Positions 40,679 through 50,797 of a DNA stretch of 64,000 nucleotides are shown piece by piece; the first letter of the stretch is position 1, and each line of letters begins with the position of its first letter. The DNA is taken from NCBI GenBank assembly GCA_047947115.1, contig CP170459.1:1024001-1088000 (forward strand). The letters are read 5' to 3'. The stretch comes from Verrucomicrobiota bacterium. Its GTDB lineage: Bacteria > Verrucomicrobiota > Verrucomicrobiia > Limisphaerales > AAA164-E04. Both the position numbers and the translations under genes were made by a program. The notes under the pieces are model-generated. The model was not told the origin of the DNA. It searched no databases and was given only the letters and a program-made list of their open reading frames with translations.

Positions 40679-41503
40679 ATGGACAAGCGACAAAGGCTGG
40701 AATCGATATTAAAGGATCTGGGATCCTGCCTGGTGGCTTATTCAGGCGGGGTGGATTCGGCGTTACTGGCACTGGTTGCCTGTCGGACCTTGGGTGATCG
40801 TGCAGTTGCGGTCATGGCGGATTCCCCCAGCCTTCCGAGAAGCGAGCTGAAAGAAGCGATTGAGTTGTCCGAACAGTTCGATTTCCCACTGGAAATCATC
40901 CGGACAAAGGAATTTGAAAACGAAGATTACCTCACCAATCCCACCAACCGTTGTTATTTCTGCAAACATGCCTTGTTTGAAGAAATGGAAATCTATGCCA
41001 AAGAACGTGGAGTTGCGGCCATCATTTACGGTGAAAATGCCGATGACATTGGAGATTTTCGCCCCGGCGCCAAAGCAGCTCAAGAATTTCAGGTTCGAGC
41101 CCCACTCAAAGAAGCAGGCTTGACCAAATCCGAAATCAGGGCTTTTTCGGAAGAATTGGGTCTCCCCACCGCTTCCAAACCGCAAATGGCCTGCCTGAGT
41201 TCCCGGATTCCCTACGGTGAAAAAGTCTCGGTGAAAAAATTAAGTCAGATCGAACAGGCAGAAGCCATTCTGCGTCGACATGGATTTTTTGACCTCCGCG
41301 TCCGTCACCACGAACTCTCCACAGGCTCATTGGCGCGTATCGAAGTCGGCAAGGAAGAAGTGGAACGCCTGATGGATGCCACACTGCGGGAAACACTCAC
41401 CCAATCCATCAAAGAACTGGGTTACCTATTCGTCACGCTGGACCTGACCGGATATCAAAGAGGCAGTCTGAATGTGATCAAGGAGACAAGCGAAAAACTG
41501 TAG
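40679..41503 (+). CDS. larE: LarE-like ATP-dependent sulfur transferase (PP-loop)
   Basis: AYSGGVDS, NRCYFCK, DFRPG, ACLSSRIPYG, RVRHH, ARIE. Confidence 0.9.
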   Translation: MDKRQRLESILKDLGSCLVAYSGGVDSALLALVACRTLGDRAVAVMADSPSLPRSELKEAIELSEQFDFPLEIIRTKEFENEDYLTNPTNRCYFCKHALFEEMEIYAKERGVAAIIYGENADDIGDFRPGAKAAQEFQVRAPLKEAGLTKSEIRAFSEELGLPTASKPQMACLSSRIPYGEKVSVKKLSQIEQAEAILRRHGFFDLRVRHHELSTGSLARIEVGKEEVERLMDATLRETLTQSIKELGYLFVTLDLTGYQRGSLNVIKETSEKL

Positions 41504-41514
41504 CAGCAAAAAGC

Positions 41515-42000
41515 ATGGAACTTGACTCAAAAATCATTCCCTTCGACCAACTGACCGAATGGCGAGCGGGCATTCGATCCAGTGGAAAACGCCTGGTGGT
41601 CACCAACGGATGCTTTGATATTTTACACGTCGGACATGTTCGCTATCTCAGTAGTGCGCGTGCCGCCGGAGATCTTTTAATGGTGGGACTCAACGGAGAC
41701 CAAAGCGTGAGGGAACTGAAAGGACCGGAACGACCACTGAACATTGAATCCGATCGAGCCCTGTTGCTGGCAGCGCTGCAGTGTGTCGACGCCGTGTGCA
41801 TCTTTCCCGAAAAGCGGGCAACCCGCTTCCTGAAAACATCCCAACCGGATATCTACATCAAGGGAGGGGATTACACATTGGATACGCTGGATCAGGACGA
41901 ACGTCAGGCAGTCGAAGGGGCGGGCGGGCAGATCCAGTTCATCCCGTTTGTAGCCGGCCGATCCACCACCAACCTGATCCGAAAGATGTCGCTTCAATAA
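41515..42000 (+). CDS. D-glycero-beta-D-manno-heptose 1-phosphate adenylyltransferase-like cytidylyltransferase
   Basis: TNGCFDILHVGH, GLNGD.SVR.LKG..RP, KGGDY, STT. Confidence 0.9.
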   Translation: MELDSKIIPFDQLTEWRAGIRSSGKRLVVTNGCFDILHVGHVRYLSSARAAGDLLMVGLNGDQSVRELKGPERPLNIESDRALLLAALQCVDAVCIFPEKRATRFLKTSQPDIYIKGGDYTLDTLDQDERQAVEGAGGQIQFIPFVAGRSTTNLIRKMSLQ

Positions 42001-42067
42001 CATTGCGTATCGATGAGGGTCAGTCCCAACTATTGACACCTTTTCGACTGAATCCTATCCTTCCCCC

Positions 42068-43066
42068 ATGGCTCGGAAACTGCGCGTTGAATATGAAGGC
42101 GCCATTTACCACATCTTAAGCCGGGGCAACGGAAAGCAGGATATCTATCGAGACGCTAAAGACCGGAAGTTATTCTTAAAAGCCCTTGGAGAGACATGTG
42201 AGAAAACAGGGTGGCGCGTACACGCTTATTGTTTGATGAGTAATCATTTCCACCTTTGCCTGGAAACACCCCAGGCTAATCTGGTTGCTGGAATGAAATG
42301 GCTTCTTGGCACTTATTCAAGCCGATTCAACAGACGCCACAAACACTCCGGACATTTGTTTGCCGGTCGATACAAGTCCGTTATCGTGGATGGGAGCAGG
42401 AAGGGTTACCTGCACAAGCTTTGCGATTACATACACCTGAACCCGGTTCGGGCACACCTTGTTGCTGATGACCAGTATCTGAAGGATTTTCCCTGGACCA
42501 GTTATCCCTTGTACCTACTGCCTCCAACGCAACGTCCAAGCTGGTTGGAAACTCGTGTCCTGATGGGTGAAAAGGATATTCAAACCGACGACAACGCAGG
42601 CAGACAACGCCTCGAACTGTTGATGGAAAATCGGCAGTTGTGGGAAGAATCCAGGACAAACGAGGCGTATGATCTGATCCGAAGAAGCTGGCATTTTGGA
42701 ACGGATGAACACCGAAACGATCTCTTGTCAAAAATCGAAACCCTTGAAGGCACCTCCCGTTCTCCGGCTGGAGAAGTTGAAAGGGAAGCCCATCGGGTGC
42801 AGGCCTCTGATTTGCTCGAAGAAATGTTAAGGGCGGAAGGCATCACGGACCAGGACCTCATGACCATGCGCAAGGGAGATCCGGTGAAAATCAGACTTGC
42901 TATGGAAATACGCAAGCGCACCACCATGTCACTGAAGTGGATTGCCGAGCATTTGCATATGGGAACTTGGACTTATGTGTCCAATTTGCTTTCCACACAG
43001 CGGACAAAAAAACTTCAAGTATTGGGACTGCCACCAAGTGAATGGTTGAAGGCGACGGCGGATTGA
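42068..43066 (+). CDS. RAYT-type Y1 (HUH) transposase with C-terminal extension
   Basis: MARKLR...YHILSRGN, AYCLMSNHFHL (HUH), GHLFAGRY, YIHLNPVRA, WTSY. Confidence 0.9.
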   Translation: MARKLRVEYEGAIYHILSRGNGKQDIYRDAKDRKLFLKALGETCEKTGWRVHAYCLMSNHFHLCLETPQANLVAGMKWLLGTYSSRFNRRHKHSGHLFAGRYKSVIVDGSRKGYLHKLCDYIHLNPVRAHLVADDQYLKDFPWTSYPLYLLPPTQRPSWLETRVLMGEKDIQTDDNAGRQRLELLMENRQLWEESRTNEAYDLIRRSWHFGTDEHRNDLLSKIETLEGTSRSPAGEVEREAHRVQASDLLEEMLRAEGITDQDLMTMRKGDPVKIRLAMEIRKRTTMSLKWIAEHLHMGTWTYVSNLLSTQRTKKLQVLGLPPSEWLKATAD

Positions 43067-43791
43067 TAGGTGACGCCGCTGCCGCCGAAGATGTCCAGAG
43101 CGGACCCGATCGTGAGGTCCACTTTGCCTCCGCTGGCATCGTGAACGAGTTGGAGATCTTCCAGTGAACGGGCGCCGCCTGCATAGGTCACCGGGATCGG
43201 ACTCCAGTCAGCCAGCTTTTTCACCAAGTCAAGATCAACCCCGGCACATAAGCCTTCGACATCCACCCCATGAACCAGGAACTCATCACAATTGGAAGCC
43301 AAATCGTCGAGCACGGATTTGCTGATTACCAGATCGGTGAAGGTTTGCCAACGGTTGGTGACTACGTAGTAGGATCCATCCCGCAAACGGCAGCTCAAAT
43401 CCAACACCAGACGATCGGTGCCCACTGTCTCTGTCAAAGCGTCCAGACGATCCCTCCGCAGAATGGGTCCTTCGAAAATCCACGAGGTGACGATGACATG
43501 CGAGGCACCGGCTTCCAGGAAATCCAGTGCGTTGTCGGCATGAATACCGCCCCCAATCTGTAATCCCTCTGGATAAGCTGCCAAAGCTTCCCGGGCGGCC
43601 TGTTCGTTTCCGCTGCCCAGCTGGATCACGTGACCGCCTTTTAGTCCGTCCTTTCGATAAAGTTCGGCATACCAGGCGCTGGACCGTTCGGATACAAAAT
43701 TGGTTTTCAAACTGCCGCCGTCGTCGGTCAGGGTGCCTCCGACAATTTGTTTGACTTGTCCGTTGTGAAGATCAATGCAGGGTCGAAACAT
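43015..43791 (-). CDS. hisA: ProFAR isomerase, eukaryote (HIS6)-type
   Basis: FRPCIDLH.G.VKQIVGGTL, LVLDLSC, HGVDVEG, TYAGG, DLTIGSALDIFGG. Confidence 0.93.
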   Translation of the reverse strand: MFRPCIDLHNGQVKQIVGGTLTDDGGSLKTNFVSERSSAWYAELYRKDGLKGGHVIQLGSGNEQAAREALAAYPEGLQIGGGIHADNALDFLEAGASHVIVTSWIFEGPILRRDRLDALTETVGTDRLVLDLSCRLRDGSYYVVTNRWQTFTDLVISKSVLDDLASNCDEFLVHGVDVEGLCAGVDLDLVKKLADWSPIPVTYAGGARSLEDLQLVHDASGGKVDLTIGSALDIFGGSGVTYQSAVAFNHSLGGSPNT

Positions 43792-43809
43792 TTGTTTAAA
43801 ATCGGTTGA

Positions 43810-44256
43810 TTAAAGCTGATTGTCTGAGTTCAGGTTCTGAAGTTTTTCGTAAGCGGATCGGTAACGATTTAAACGTTCCCGATCCGCATCACCTATGCTC
43901 TTCATTCGCCTTATATCCATGTTGTCCTCGAGATCGGCCAGCTTGACCTTTCTGGCCAAAGGATTGTCGGCGGCACGGTCGATCAGGGATGCGTATGATT
44001 CCTCTTCCCGACGAGTCAGGGCATCCACCGTACCAACGATGCGGTCGGAAAAGCCCTCGTTTCTCAGTTGATCCAATGTCCAGTCACTATCCTCCACCAC
44101 ATCGTGCAGGATAGCGATGGTTTGCAATTCCGGATCCCGAAATCGATGCATCAGCCTGAGCGGATGCAACACGTAAGGTTGGCCATACTTGTCGGTTTGC
44201 CCTTTGTGTGCTTCCAGCGCAATCGAAAGCGCTTTTTCAATGAGATGTGCTTCCAT
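43810..44256 (-). CDS. Stand-alone HD-domain hydrolase (Mesh1/small alarmone hydrolase-like)
   Basis: AHKGQTDKYGQPYVLHP, LHDVVED, VKLADLEDN. Confidence 0.85.
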   Translation of the reverse strand: MEAHLIEKALSIALEAHKGQTDKYGQPYVLHPLRLMHRFRDPELQTIAILHDVVEDSDWTLDQLRNEGFSDRIVGTVDALTRREEESYASLIDRAADNPLARKVKLADLEDNMDIRRMKSIGDADRERLNRYRSAYEKLQNLNSDNQL

Positions 44257-44275
44257 GGGCTGAAGTGGCGTGAAG

Positions 44276-44767
44276 CTATGCAGATCCAGCTTTCCCGAAT
44301 TTTTGCATGGCGGCCAATACCTCCGGCCATCGATCGCCAAATTCAGATTGAAGCATGGATTGCTGATCCCCTTTAAGCGGGAAAAACTTGGCGGAACCTG
44401 ACGCAACCGCTTCGTCGTTCACAGTCAGTTCAGCACTGGCAAGAAAGAGTTTTCCACGTCGGTTCTGATCCAGTCTACCAATGCAGACAACGGGCGTTCC
44501 GGGCTCGATCACCTTCTGATATCGAATGTTCATGTCAACCGAATACGCAAATTTCCCGCCAAGAATGCCACAGGCCCAGGCCATCATCTCATCAATCACA
44601 GTGGCTATCACACCGCCATGCACCGCATGACTGAATCCTGCGTGCTCTTTCCGGGGAATCCAGTCGGCATACACCGCCTGACCGTCGGTACGCATTTTCA
44701 ACGCGACACCTGCAGGGTTACCCTGTCCGCACCCGAAGCAACAATTGGTTTGTGGCAACGTCTCCAT
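44276..44767 (-). CDS. PaaI-family hotdog thioesterase
   Basis: CFGCG..NP.G, VHGGVIATVIDE. Confidence 0.9.
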   Translation of the reverse strand: METLPQTNCCFGCGQGNPAGVALKMRTDGQAVYADWIPRKEHAGFSHAVHGGVIATVIDEMMAWACGILGGKFAYSVDMNIRYQKVIEPGTPVVCIGRLDQNRRGKLFLASAELTVNDEAVASGSAKFFPLKGDQQSMLQSEFGDRWPEVLAAMQKFGKAGSA

Positions 44768-44822
44768 TCGTTCAGCTTTGCATCATTCGAAATCCTGTTC
44801 AACTCTCGGGATCGACGAAGGC

Positions 44823-45890
44823 TCAGTGGCTGCTTCCGGAGTGAATCCATTCGGCCAGAGCCCCCGCCATCTTTCGAACGGTGTCACCTTTGCCCGTTTC
44901 AGCGGCAACGCAGAGGATGAAGCGTGTATGGGATGATTCATCATCGATACAGGCAACATCCAGCGTGTAATTACTGATCATACCCGCCTTATGGAAAAAG
45001 CGCGCCTTGGGGTAAATCTCTTTCAAACGCCCCTCCCAGGCATATGGTCCCGCTTCCTTGTTCTCCAATCCATAAAGTCCGTCCCCTCCAAAACGGAGCA
45101 GTGACAGTTGTTCCGGCGTAAGCCGATACCTTTCGGAATCAGGGAGAATCTCATGAAACATGATCCGCCGCAGGCATTCGGCCAGTTCTTGGGTGGAGGT
45201 ACAGTTTCCGGTGGTGCTGCTCAACACTGTGGCTCCACGTTGTTCAGCATAGGATATTCCCGACCATGTGTGCTCAATCAAACGGGATGTACCGTCCGGT
45301 TTGACGATGCGCACACGCTGAGGTTCCGTGTTTTCGTAAACGACCGGGCGATGCACGACATAATCCCTCATCAACGCGGAATGCGGAAAGCCACGTTCTG
45401 GAATCAGGAATTCCGTATTGATCCGGTCAATCCCTACGAATCTTAGAAGCAACGTGTAATCTTCATTCGACGACCGGCGAAACACTTCGCTGATCATTTC
45501 GCGCATGGTTCGAGCGGTATCCAGTTGCCAGCCGGATACGGTGCGTCGTTCATACATCAAGGCGCAATCCAGCGGATATTGAAGTTCGTTCAAATATTCC
45601 AACGCCGCCACCGCCGCATAGATTTTGATGGTGCTTGCAGGCCAGAAATCCACTGCGTTATCGCTGTCGCGATAGTGATGCCAGGAGAATTTGGGATGCG
45701 AATCATCCCCCTCCAGGACAACAAGGGAGGCCCATTTGGTAATGTCCGGATCGATCGGGTCGATCAATGCATCCAGCGAACCGGCTTTCATGATGTTTTG
45801 AGAACTACAGATGCCAACCACTAGCCATATGATGGACCGCGCCGGAAATAAACCGGCCTTTCGCATGCACTTTTCAAGTATTTGATTCAT
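44823..45890 (-). CDS. Serine hydrolase of the class A beta-lactamase-like family
   Basis: FWPASTIK (SxxK), SSN, HKAG. Confidence 0.75.
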   Translation of the reverse strand: MNQILEKCMRKAGLFPARSIIWLVVGICSSQNIMKAGSLDALIDPIDPDITKWASLVVLEGDDSHPKFSWHHYRDSDNAVDFWPASTIKIYAAVAALEYLNELQYPLDCALMYERRTVSGWQLDTARTMREMISEVFRRSSNEDYTLLLRFVGIDRINTEFLIPERGFPHSALMRDYVVHRPVVYENTEPQRVRIVKPDGTSRLIEHTWSGISYAEQRGATVLSSTTGNCTSTQELAECLRRIMFHEILPDSERYRLTPEQLSLLRFGGDGLYGLENKEAGPYAWEGRLKEIYPKARFFHKAGMISNYTLDVACIDDESSHTRFILCVAAETGKGDTVRKMAGALAEWIHSGSSH

Positions 45891-46344
45891 GACCTTCTGA
45901 AGAAGATGATGATGGTTTGGAGGCTGCCGGCGGATATTGTTGTTTGAAAGCCGCGAGGGTCTCAGGGTTTTGCTCAAGGAAATCTGTCAATGCGGTGAGC
46001 ATCTCAAGTGTTTTGGAACTCAGGTGGTGTTCGATACCCTCGATGTCGGACTGTTGGGTGGCTGCATCAATGCCAAACAGTGAGAAAAAGCGACTTAACA
46101 TCTCATGCCGCCGCTGAATCTTGCGGGCGATTTCCCGTCCTTCGTCCGTCAGCACCAATCCACGGTATTTTTCGTAGTTCAAATACCCGAGCTCATCAAG
46201 CTTCTGGACCATACTGGTCACCGAGGCCTGGCGCACATCCAACGAAGAAGCGATATCCACGACCCGGGCATAACCTTTTTCTTCAATCAGTTCGTGGATG
46301 CGCTCCAAATAGTCCTCGGCAGTCTGGCTGGGTTTTGGTGGCAT
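45874..46344 (-). CDS. DtxR/MntR-family metal-dependent transcriptional regulator
   Basis: EDYLERI, ARVVDIA..L.V...SVT.MVQKL, RRH, EGIEHH. Confidence 0.92.
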   Translation of the reverse strand: MPPKPSQTAEDYLERIHELIEEKGYARVVDIASSLDVRQASVTSMVQKLDELGYLNYEKYRGLVLTDEGREIARKIQRRHEMLSRFFSLFGIDAATQQSDIEGIEHHLSSKTLEMLTALTDFLEQNPETLAAFKQQYPPAASKPSSSSSEGHESNT

Positions 46345-46417
46345 AGATTCCGCATTGGGTTTACAATCCACGCGACCTTTTGGCAAGCCATTGCGACAGG
46401 TTTAAGTGGATCCATTC

Positions 46418-46876
46418 TCAGGGATAATATTCCTCTAGAGTTGATTCGGTCGGGCTGAACCGACCGTTTTCATTCTTGAAAACGCCCTTGGCATATAACG
46501 TGGTGTTTAATGAATTCATCGGTTTGGGTGTGGCAAATTCGTACCCAACCTCCTCCAATTCCACAAGGATCTCTTCCTTGGTCAGGGGCCTTCTCCTCGT
46601 AATCATGATTACAGCGGCCTTCAAGGTCATGGTATTGCGCGGAGTTTGAACCTTGTGCTGCGGTCTGAACTTGATGTTCGCCGTTTTTGAATAATAAAAC
46701 TCCTGGGCATTCAATACCGTATTGATTTGCTGGATGCGCTCGACCAATCCGGCACGTTCCTTCATTAATTCTTTCTTAAGCCTCAGGAATTCCTTGAACG
46801 GATTTTCAACTGTATTCTCTGGTTCCGTCATTTCGTTGCTGATTTTGGGGTTGTTGTGACGAATGATTGAATTCAT
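46418..46876 (-). CDS. Small basic protein with an N-terminal coiled coil and a C-terminal winged-helix-like domain
   Basis: LKKELMKER..L..RIQQIN; TLKAAV...PLTKEEIL..L...GYEF.T..P.NSL. Confidence 0.65.
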   Translation of the reverse strand: MNSIIRHNNPKISNEMTEPENTVENPFKEFLRLKKELMKERAGLVERIQQINTVLNAQEFYYSKTANIKFRPQHKVQTPRNTMTLKAAVIMITRRRPLTKEEILVELEEVGYEFATPKPMNSLNTTLYAKGVFKNENGRFSPTESTLEEYYP

Positions 46877-47340
46877 TCGAATGTATATAATACAATTTGA
46901 TTGATAAGGACATTACACTTCACCTGAAGGAAGGTCGGTTAACTGCTTTTCAGCAGTGATAGAAAACCACTAGTGTGATAAATAAAAGATTATATCAAGC
47001 CAAAAATACTCTTTTTGTAAAATCAATTGCTCAATACATCCCCTCATCAACCAAGCATCCAAATCATATAATTAATTTTTACTAAAAAGCGACATTTTGT
47101 CGGCAATCCGCCAAAAGAATCGAAAACCCGACACCCCCTTATGGCTGGTTTCTCGCATGGATCCAAAGTTCGCAGGGGGGTTTTGATGTTCATGATTGGA
47201 TATGTCTATTGGAGAGTGGACTGAATAGCCTGCACCACCCTTGCGTCTATCCCCCTGAAAACAGCATTCACCTGCAGTGAGCCATGTCGATGGGTATCCC
47301 TCTTGTCAGAATGCTTGAATACGTGCTAGAAGAGAATCAT

Positions 47341-47976
47341 ATGAAGATACGCTTTGTGAATACCGCCATACAAACGACCCTCAGCCTGGTTGTAGTGGCT
47401 TTTGTTTCCGGCTGCGCCAGTGGTGTGCGCAATCCCTCCGGTGTACCGGTCACCGAAATGCAGGCGGATGAACGTGGCTTTGTCGCCGGTCTTGGCATCG
47501 AGTCACAGGACATGGTGGCGGTCACGGACAAAATGGCTCGCAGCTTGTCCAACACACATGAAATCAACAATTTTAATGGTACGCCGCGCATTGTGCTGGA
47601 TCCTATCATCAACAACACCCGGTTCCCCATCCAACAGGATATGTTCCTGACCCGCATGCGGGCCCTTCTGAACTCACGCACCGAAGGCAAAATGAGATTC
47701 CTGGCCCGTGAACGTATGGATGCCCTTCATCAGGAAAGAGATATGAAACGCAGCAGGGAGTACACCAGCACCACCGATCCAAATGTCCAGGAATTCAAAG
47801 GCGCTGACTTCTTCTTGACCGGTAAACTGGACGGACAAACTACCCGCACCTCCGCAGGAACCAGTGATTATATTCTTTATTCCTTCCAATTGATCGATGC
47901 CCGAACCTCTGAAATCCTTTGGGAAGACTTCGCGGAAATGAAGAAACAAGGCCAGGAAGACGCATCCTATCGTTGA
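47341..47976 (+). CDS. LpoB-like lipoprotein
   Basis: Lipobox VSGC, GADFFLTGKL, FQLIDARTSEILW. Confidence 0.8.
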   Translation: MKIRFVNTAIQTTLSLVVVAFVSGCASGVRNPSGVPVTEMQADERGFVAGLGIESQDMVAVTDKMARSLSNTHEINNFNGTPRIVLDPIINNTRFPIQQDMFLTRMRALLNSRTEGKMRFLARERMDALHQERDMKRSREYTSTTDPNVQEFKGADFFLTGKLDGQTTRTSAGTSDYILYSFQLIDARTSEILWEDFAEMKKQGQEDASYR

Positions 47977-48015
47977 CCCTCCTGATTCGTCAGGCATTGA
48001 AACATCTCAAGACCA

Positions 48016-49185
48016 ATGACTGCGCGTCGCTCCATTCTGTCCGGAGTGCTCCTCATCCTGCTTGCATGGGGACAGTGGGGTTGCGCCTCCTCGGGCAAAT
48101 CCTATCGTCCTCGCTGGACCGGAGATGCGGTCGCCGATGGGTTGCATGCGATCACCAACGCACCCCCCAAAGACCGTGTGCTTTGGCAGATGAAAACTGC
48201 CCGGGCGGCGATGTTCAAGGGAAAGAACGCATTGGCAGCTGAACTCCTGGATGATGCATTGGTGTCCATTGAAGGACGTTTTGGGACCGACAAAGAAGCC
48301 CGCAAATCCCGTCGACTCTTTCAGGATGAATCCGAAAAGTTTTTCATCGGCGAACCCTACGAACGGGTCATGGCTTATTACTACCGAGGCATCCTGTATT
48401 GGAAGGAAGGGGATCTGGGCAACGCGCGTGCCTGCTTCCGCAGCGCCCAAGTACATGACAGTGATTCGGAGCAAAACGAGTATCGGAATGATTATGTTTT
48501 GATGGATTATCTCGACGGTCTGATCTCCCTCAAGTTAAACGCATCCGGCGACTCCAATTACAAACGGGCCCAAGCATCAGCCCGCCTGGCTATTCCGCCT
48601 CCTTACAACCGGGACGACAACGTAATCATTTTTGCCGACTACGGAAAAGGCCCAACCAAATTCGCGGCTGGCGAGTATGGAGAACGGTTGCACATCCGCG
48701 CAGGTCATTCCAATGCGCGTGAAATCAGGATCACCACAGCCGAAGGTGGTATCCATCTGGGCCCCTATGATGACCTGAGCTACCAGGCGAGCACACGAGG
48801 CGGACGTGTGATGGACCATATCCTGGCCAACCAGGCCGTGTTCAAATCCACTACCGACACGGCAGGAGACGCCGCCCTGCTCAGCGGCATCATTTTGACG
48901 CAGGGGAGGAACACACAGGATGTGGGGTTAGGGCTCGTCGCAGCCGGATTGGTCAGCAAGATATTTTCCGCCGCCGCATCACCACAGGCGGACACCCGCG
49001 ACTGGGATAATCTGCCAGATTATCTCACCTTCGGCACCATGAGCCTGCCTCCGGGAAATCACGCCCTAAGTATTGAATACCTCGATGGCTCCGGAAATGT
49101 CATACCGAGCATGACACGCACCGAACATGTGGTGGTGAATCCTTTGCCATCGGATACCGTCCTATATTTCAGCGATACCAAATAA
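48016..49185 (+). CDS. TPR-like lipoprotein (COG3014-like)
   Basis: Lipobox WGC, GEPYERVM, NARACFR, ADTR.W..LP. Confidence 0.75.
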   Translation: MTARRSILSGVLLILLAWGQWGCASSGKSYRPRWTGDAVADGLHAITNAPPKDRVLWQMKTARAAMFKGKNALAAELLDDALVSIEGRFGTDKEARKSRRLFQDESEKFFIGEPYERVMAYYYRGILYWKEGDLGNARACFRSAQVHDSDSEQNEYRNDYVLMDYLDGLISLKLNASGDSNYKRAQASARLAIPPPYNRDDNVIIFADYGKGPTKFAAGEYGERLHIRAGHSNAREIRITTAEGGIHLGPYDDLSYQASTRGGRVMDHILANQAVFKSTTDTAGDAALLSGIILTQGRNTQDVGLGLVAAGLVSKIFSAAASPQADTRDWDNLPDYLTFGTMSLPPGNHALSIEYLDGSGNVIPSMTRTEHVVVNPLPSDTVLYFSDTK

Positions 49186-49202
49186 CAACGAAAGATTACC
49201 CT

Positions 49203-49622
49203 ATGAACAATACCTTCTTGATTCTGTCACTTATCGTGACCTGTGTATGCTTCACGGTCAGTGGATGCAAAACCAAGGCCTCCTACGCGCCCGAAGTGGT
49301 CGACGGTTATGATATGGAAAACCAAACCCCGTTTGTCCTCATGAACAAACGTGTGGCCAAATCGGTCACTGTGGCCGGCATCCAGGAACGCATCCTCGAG
49401 GACGGACGCTTGGAGGTCACCGCCAATGTACTCAGCAAGGATGATCGCCGCATCCAGGTGCAGATCAGCTGTGTGTTCAAAAATGAAAACGGTTTTCCAA
49501 CAGGTGACGAAACACCCTGGACCACGCTCATCCTGACCGAAAACGCCCAGGAAGGCGCCATCTTCAAATCCATGAACACCCGCGCCCGCAGGTACACCAT
49601 CCGCGTGCGAGAGGCCCGGTAG
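49203..49622 (+). CDS. YcfL/DUF1425-family lipoprotein
   Basis: Lipobox VSGC, DGRLEV.AN, F.NENG; syntenic with the lpoB-like gene. Confidence 0.8.
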   Translation: MNNTFLILSLIVTCVCFTVSGCKTKASYAPEVVDGYDMENQTPFVLMNKRVAKSVTVAGIQERILEDGRLEVTANVLSKDDRRIQVQISCVFKNENGFPTGDETPWTTLILTENAQEGAIFKSMNTRARRYTIRVREAR

Positions 49623-49671
49623 TGGTGCAAATCATCGAAACCATTTAAAACTCAGCGACTCCCACCCCGGA

Positions 49672-49821
49672 ATGAGCAGAGGATTTGCCACAGTTCTGGG
49701 ACTTTGCTTTGTGGCTTTGGGCGTTGCAAAATGGTTGTTTTCACTGGAGCGATTCAGTGCATTTGATATTGGCACGGGTTTATTGTTCTTCGTGGCAGGT
49801 GCGGCATGTTTGAAACGTTAA
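49672..49821 (+). CDS. 49-aa two-helix membrane microprotein (below the ORF-track cutoff)
   Basis: MSRGFATVLGLCFVALGVAKWLFSLERFSAFDIGTGLLFFVAGAACLKR*, co-oriented after the ycfL-like gene. Confidence 0.5.
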   Translation: MSRGFATVLGLCFVALGVAKWLFSLERFSAFDIGTGLLFFVAGAACLKR

Positions 49822-50011
49822 AAGCCATTTTTAAGCATGTAACGTTTGCCAAAAGTAATTTCAAAAAAGCTCTGCGTCCCTAGCGCAGCGGGCGTGGGGA
49901 TAAGAAGCATCAGCGAGCCCCTTATGCGCAAATACTTTTGGCAATCAGTATAAAATCGCCAGTTCGGACTCGCTTGCTAAAGGATAAGGTTTCGGGAATA
50001 CTCGGTCTGCC

Positions 50012-50767
50012 ATGCCCGACACCAACCTCACATCCGAAACAACGCCATCCAACCCGCAGCAGTTTCGGACCACCCGCTGGTCGGTGGTGTGTTCGGCATT
50101 GGATTCGGAGACGTCCGGGAGTCGATTGGCCATGGAACATCTGTGCCGGATGTATTGGTATCCGGTTTTTCATTTCATCCGGAGAAACGGGCACAACCAA
50201 CACGATGCGCAGGATCTGACGCAGGCATTCTTTGCCAGGTTTGTTGAAAAACAATGGCTCGAAAAAGCCGACCGATCGCGCGGACGATTCAGGTCCTTTC
50301 TGCTGATGATTCTCAAACGATTTCTGGCAAGTGAATGGAAACGCGAGCACGCCTTGAAGCGGGAAGGCAACCTTCACTGGCTGAGCCTGAACATGGACAC
50401 AGCTGAAACCCGCTATGCTCAGGAACCCGCCGACACCACCACCCCGGAACAATCCTTCGAGAAACAATGGGCCCTGACGCTGCTGGAGACCGTCATGCAG
50501 ACCCTCAAGGCACGATATATCGAAGACAACAAAACAGATCTGTTCGAACATTTGAAACCCTGCCTCATGGGCAGCCGCGAATCACAACCCTACGCCACCC
50601 TGGCCGCCCAACTCGGAATGTCCGAAGGCGCGGTAAAAGTGTCCGTTCATCGCCTCCGTAATCAATACCGCGAATGTCTTCGGGGCGAAATCGCTCAAAC
50701 AGTCTCATCCCCTTCCGAAGTGGATGAGGAAATGAAACACTTGATTCGAGTGCTGGCGAGGGGCTGA
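50012..50767 (+). CDS. ECF-type sigma-70 factor (kinase-associated PVC type)
   Basis: FRTTRWSVV, YWYPV, DAQDLTQAFF, GRFRSFL, region 4 LGMSEGAVKVSVHRLR. Confidence 0.9.
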   Translation: MPDTNLTSETTPSNPQQFRTTRWSVVCSALDSETSGSRLAMEHLCRMYWYPVFHFIRRNGHNQHDAQDLTQAFFARFVEKQWLEKADRSRGRFRSFLLMILKRFLASEWKREHALKREGNLHWLSLNMDTAETRYAQEPADTTTPEQSFEKQWALTLLETVMQTLKARYIEDNKTDLFEHLKPCLMGSRESQPYATLAAQLGMSEGAVKVSVHRLRNQYRECLRGEIAQTVSSPSEVDEEMKHLIRVLARG

Positions 50768-50797
50768 ACCTTTCTGGTTTCACGTCAGCTTTTTCAC

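Noticed and set aside
40679..41503. Complete lactate racemase (nickel-pincer cofactor) system
   Set aside because: Only larE is in the window; larA, larB and larC are not seen
44823..45890. Functional class A beta-lactamase (resistance gene)
   Set aside because: Only the generic SxxK/SxN/KxG motifs are present; the sequence is too divergent to claim resistance
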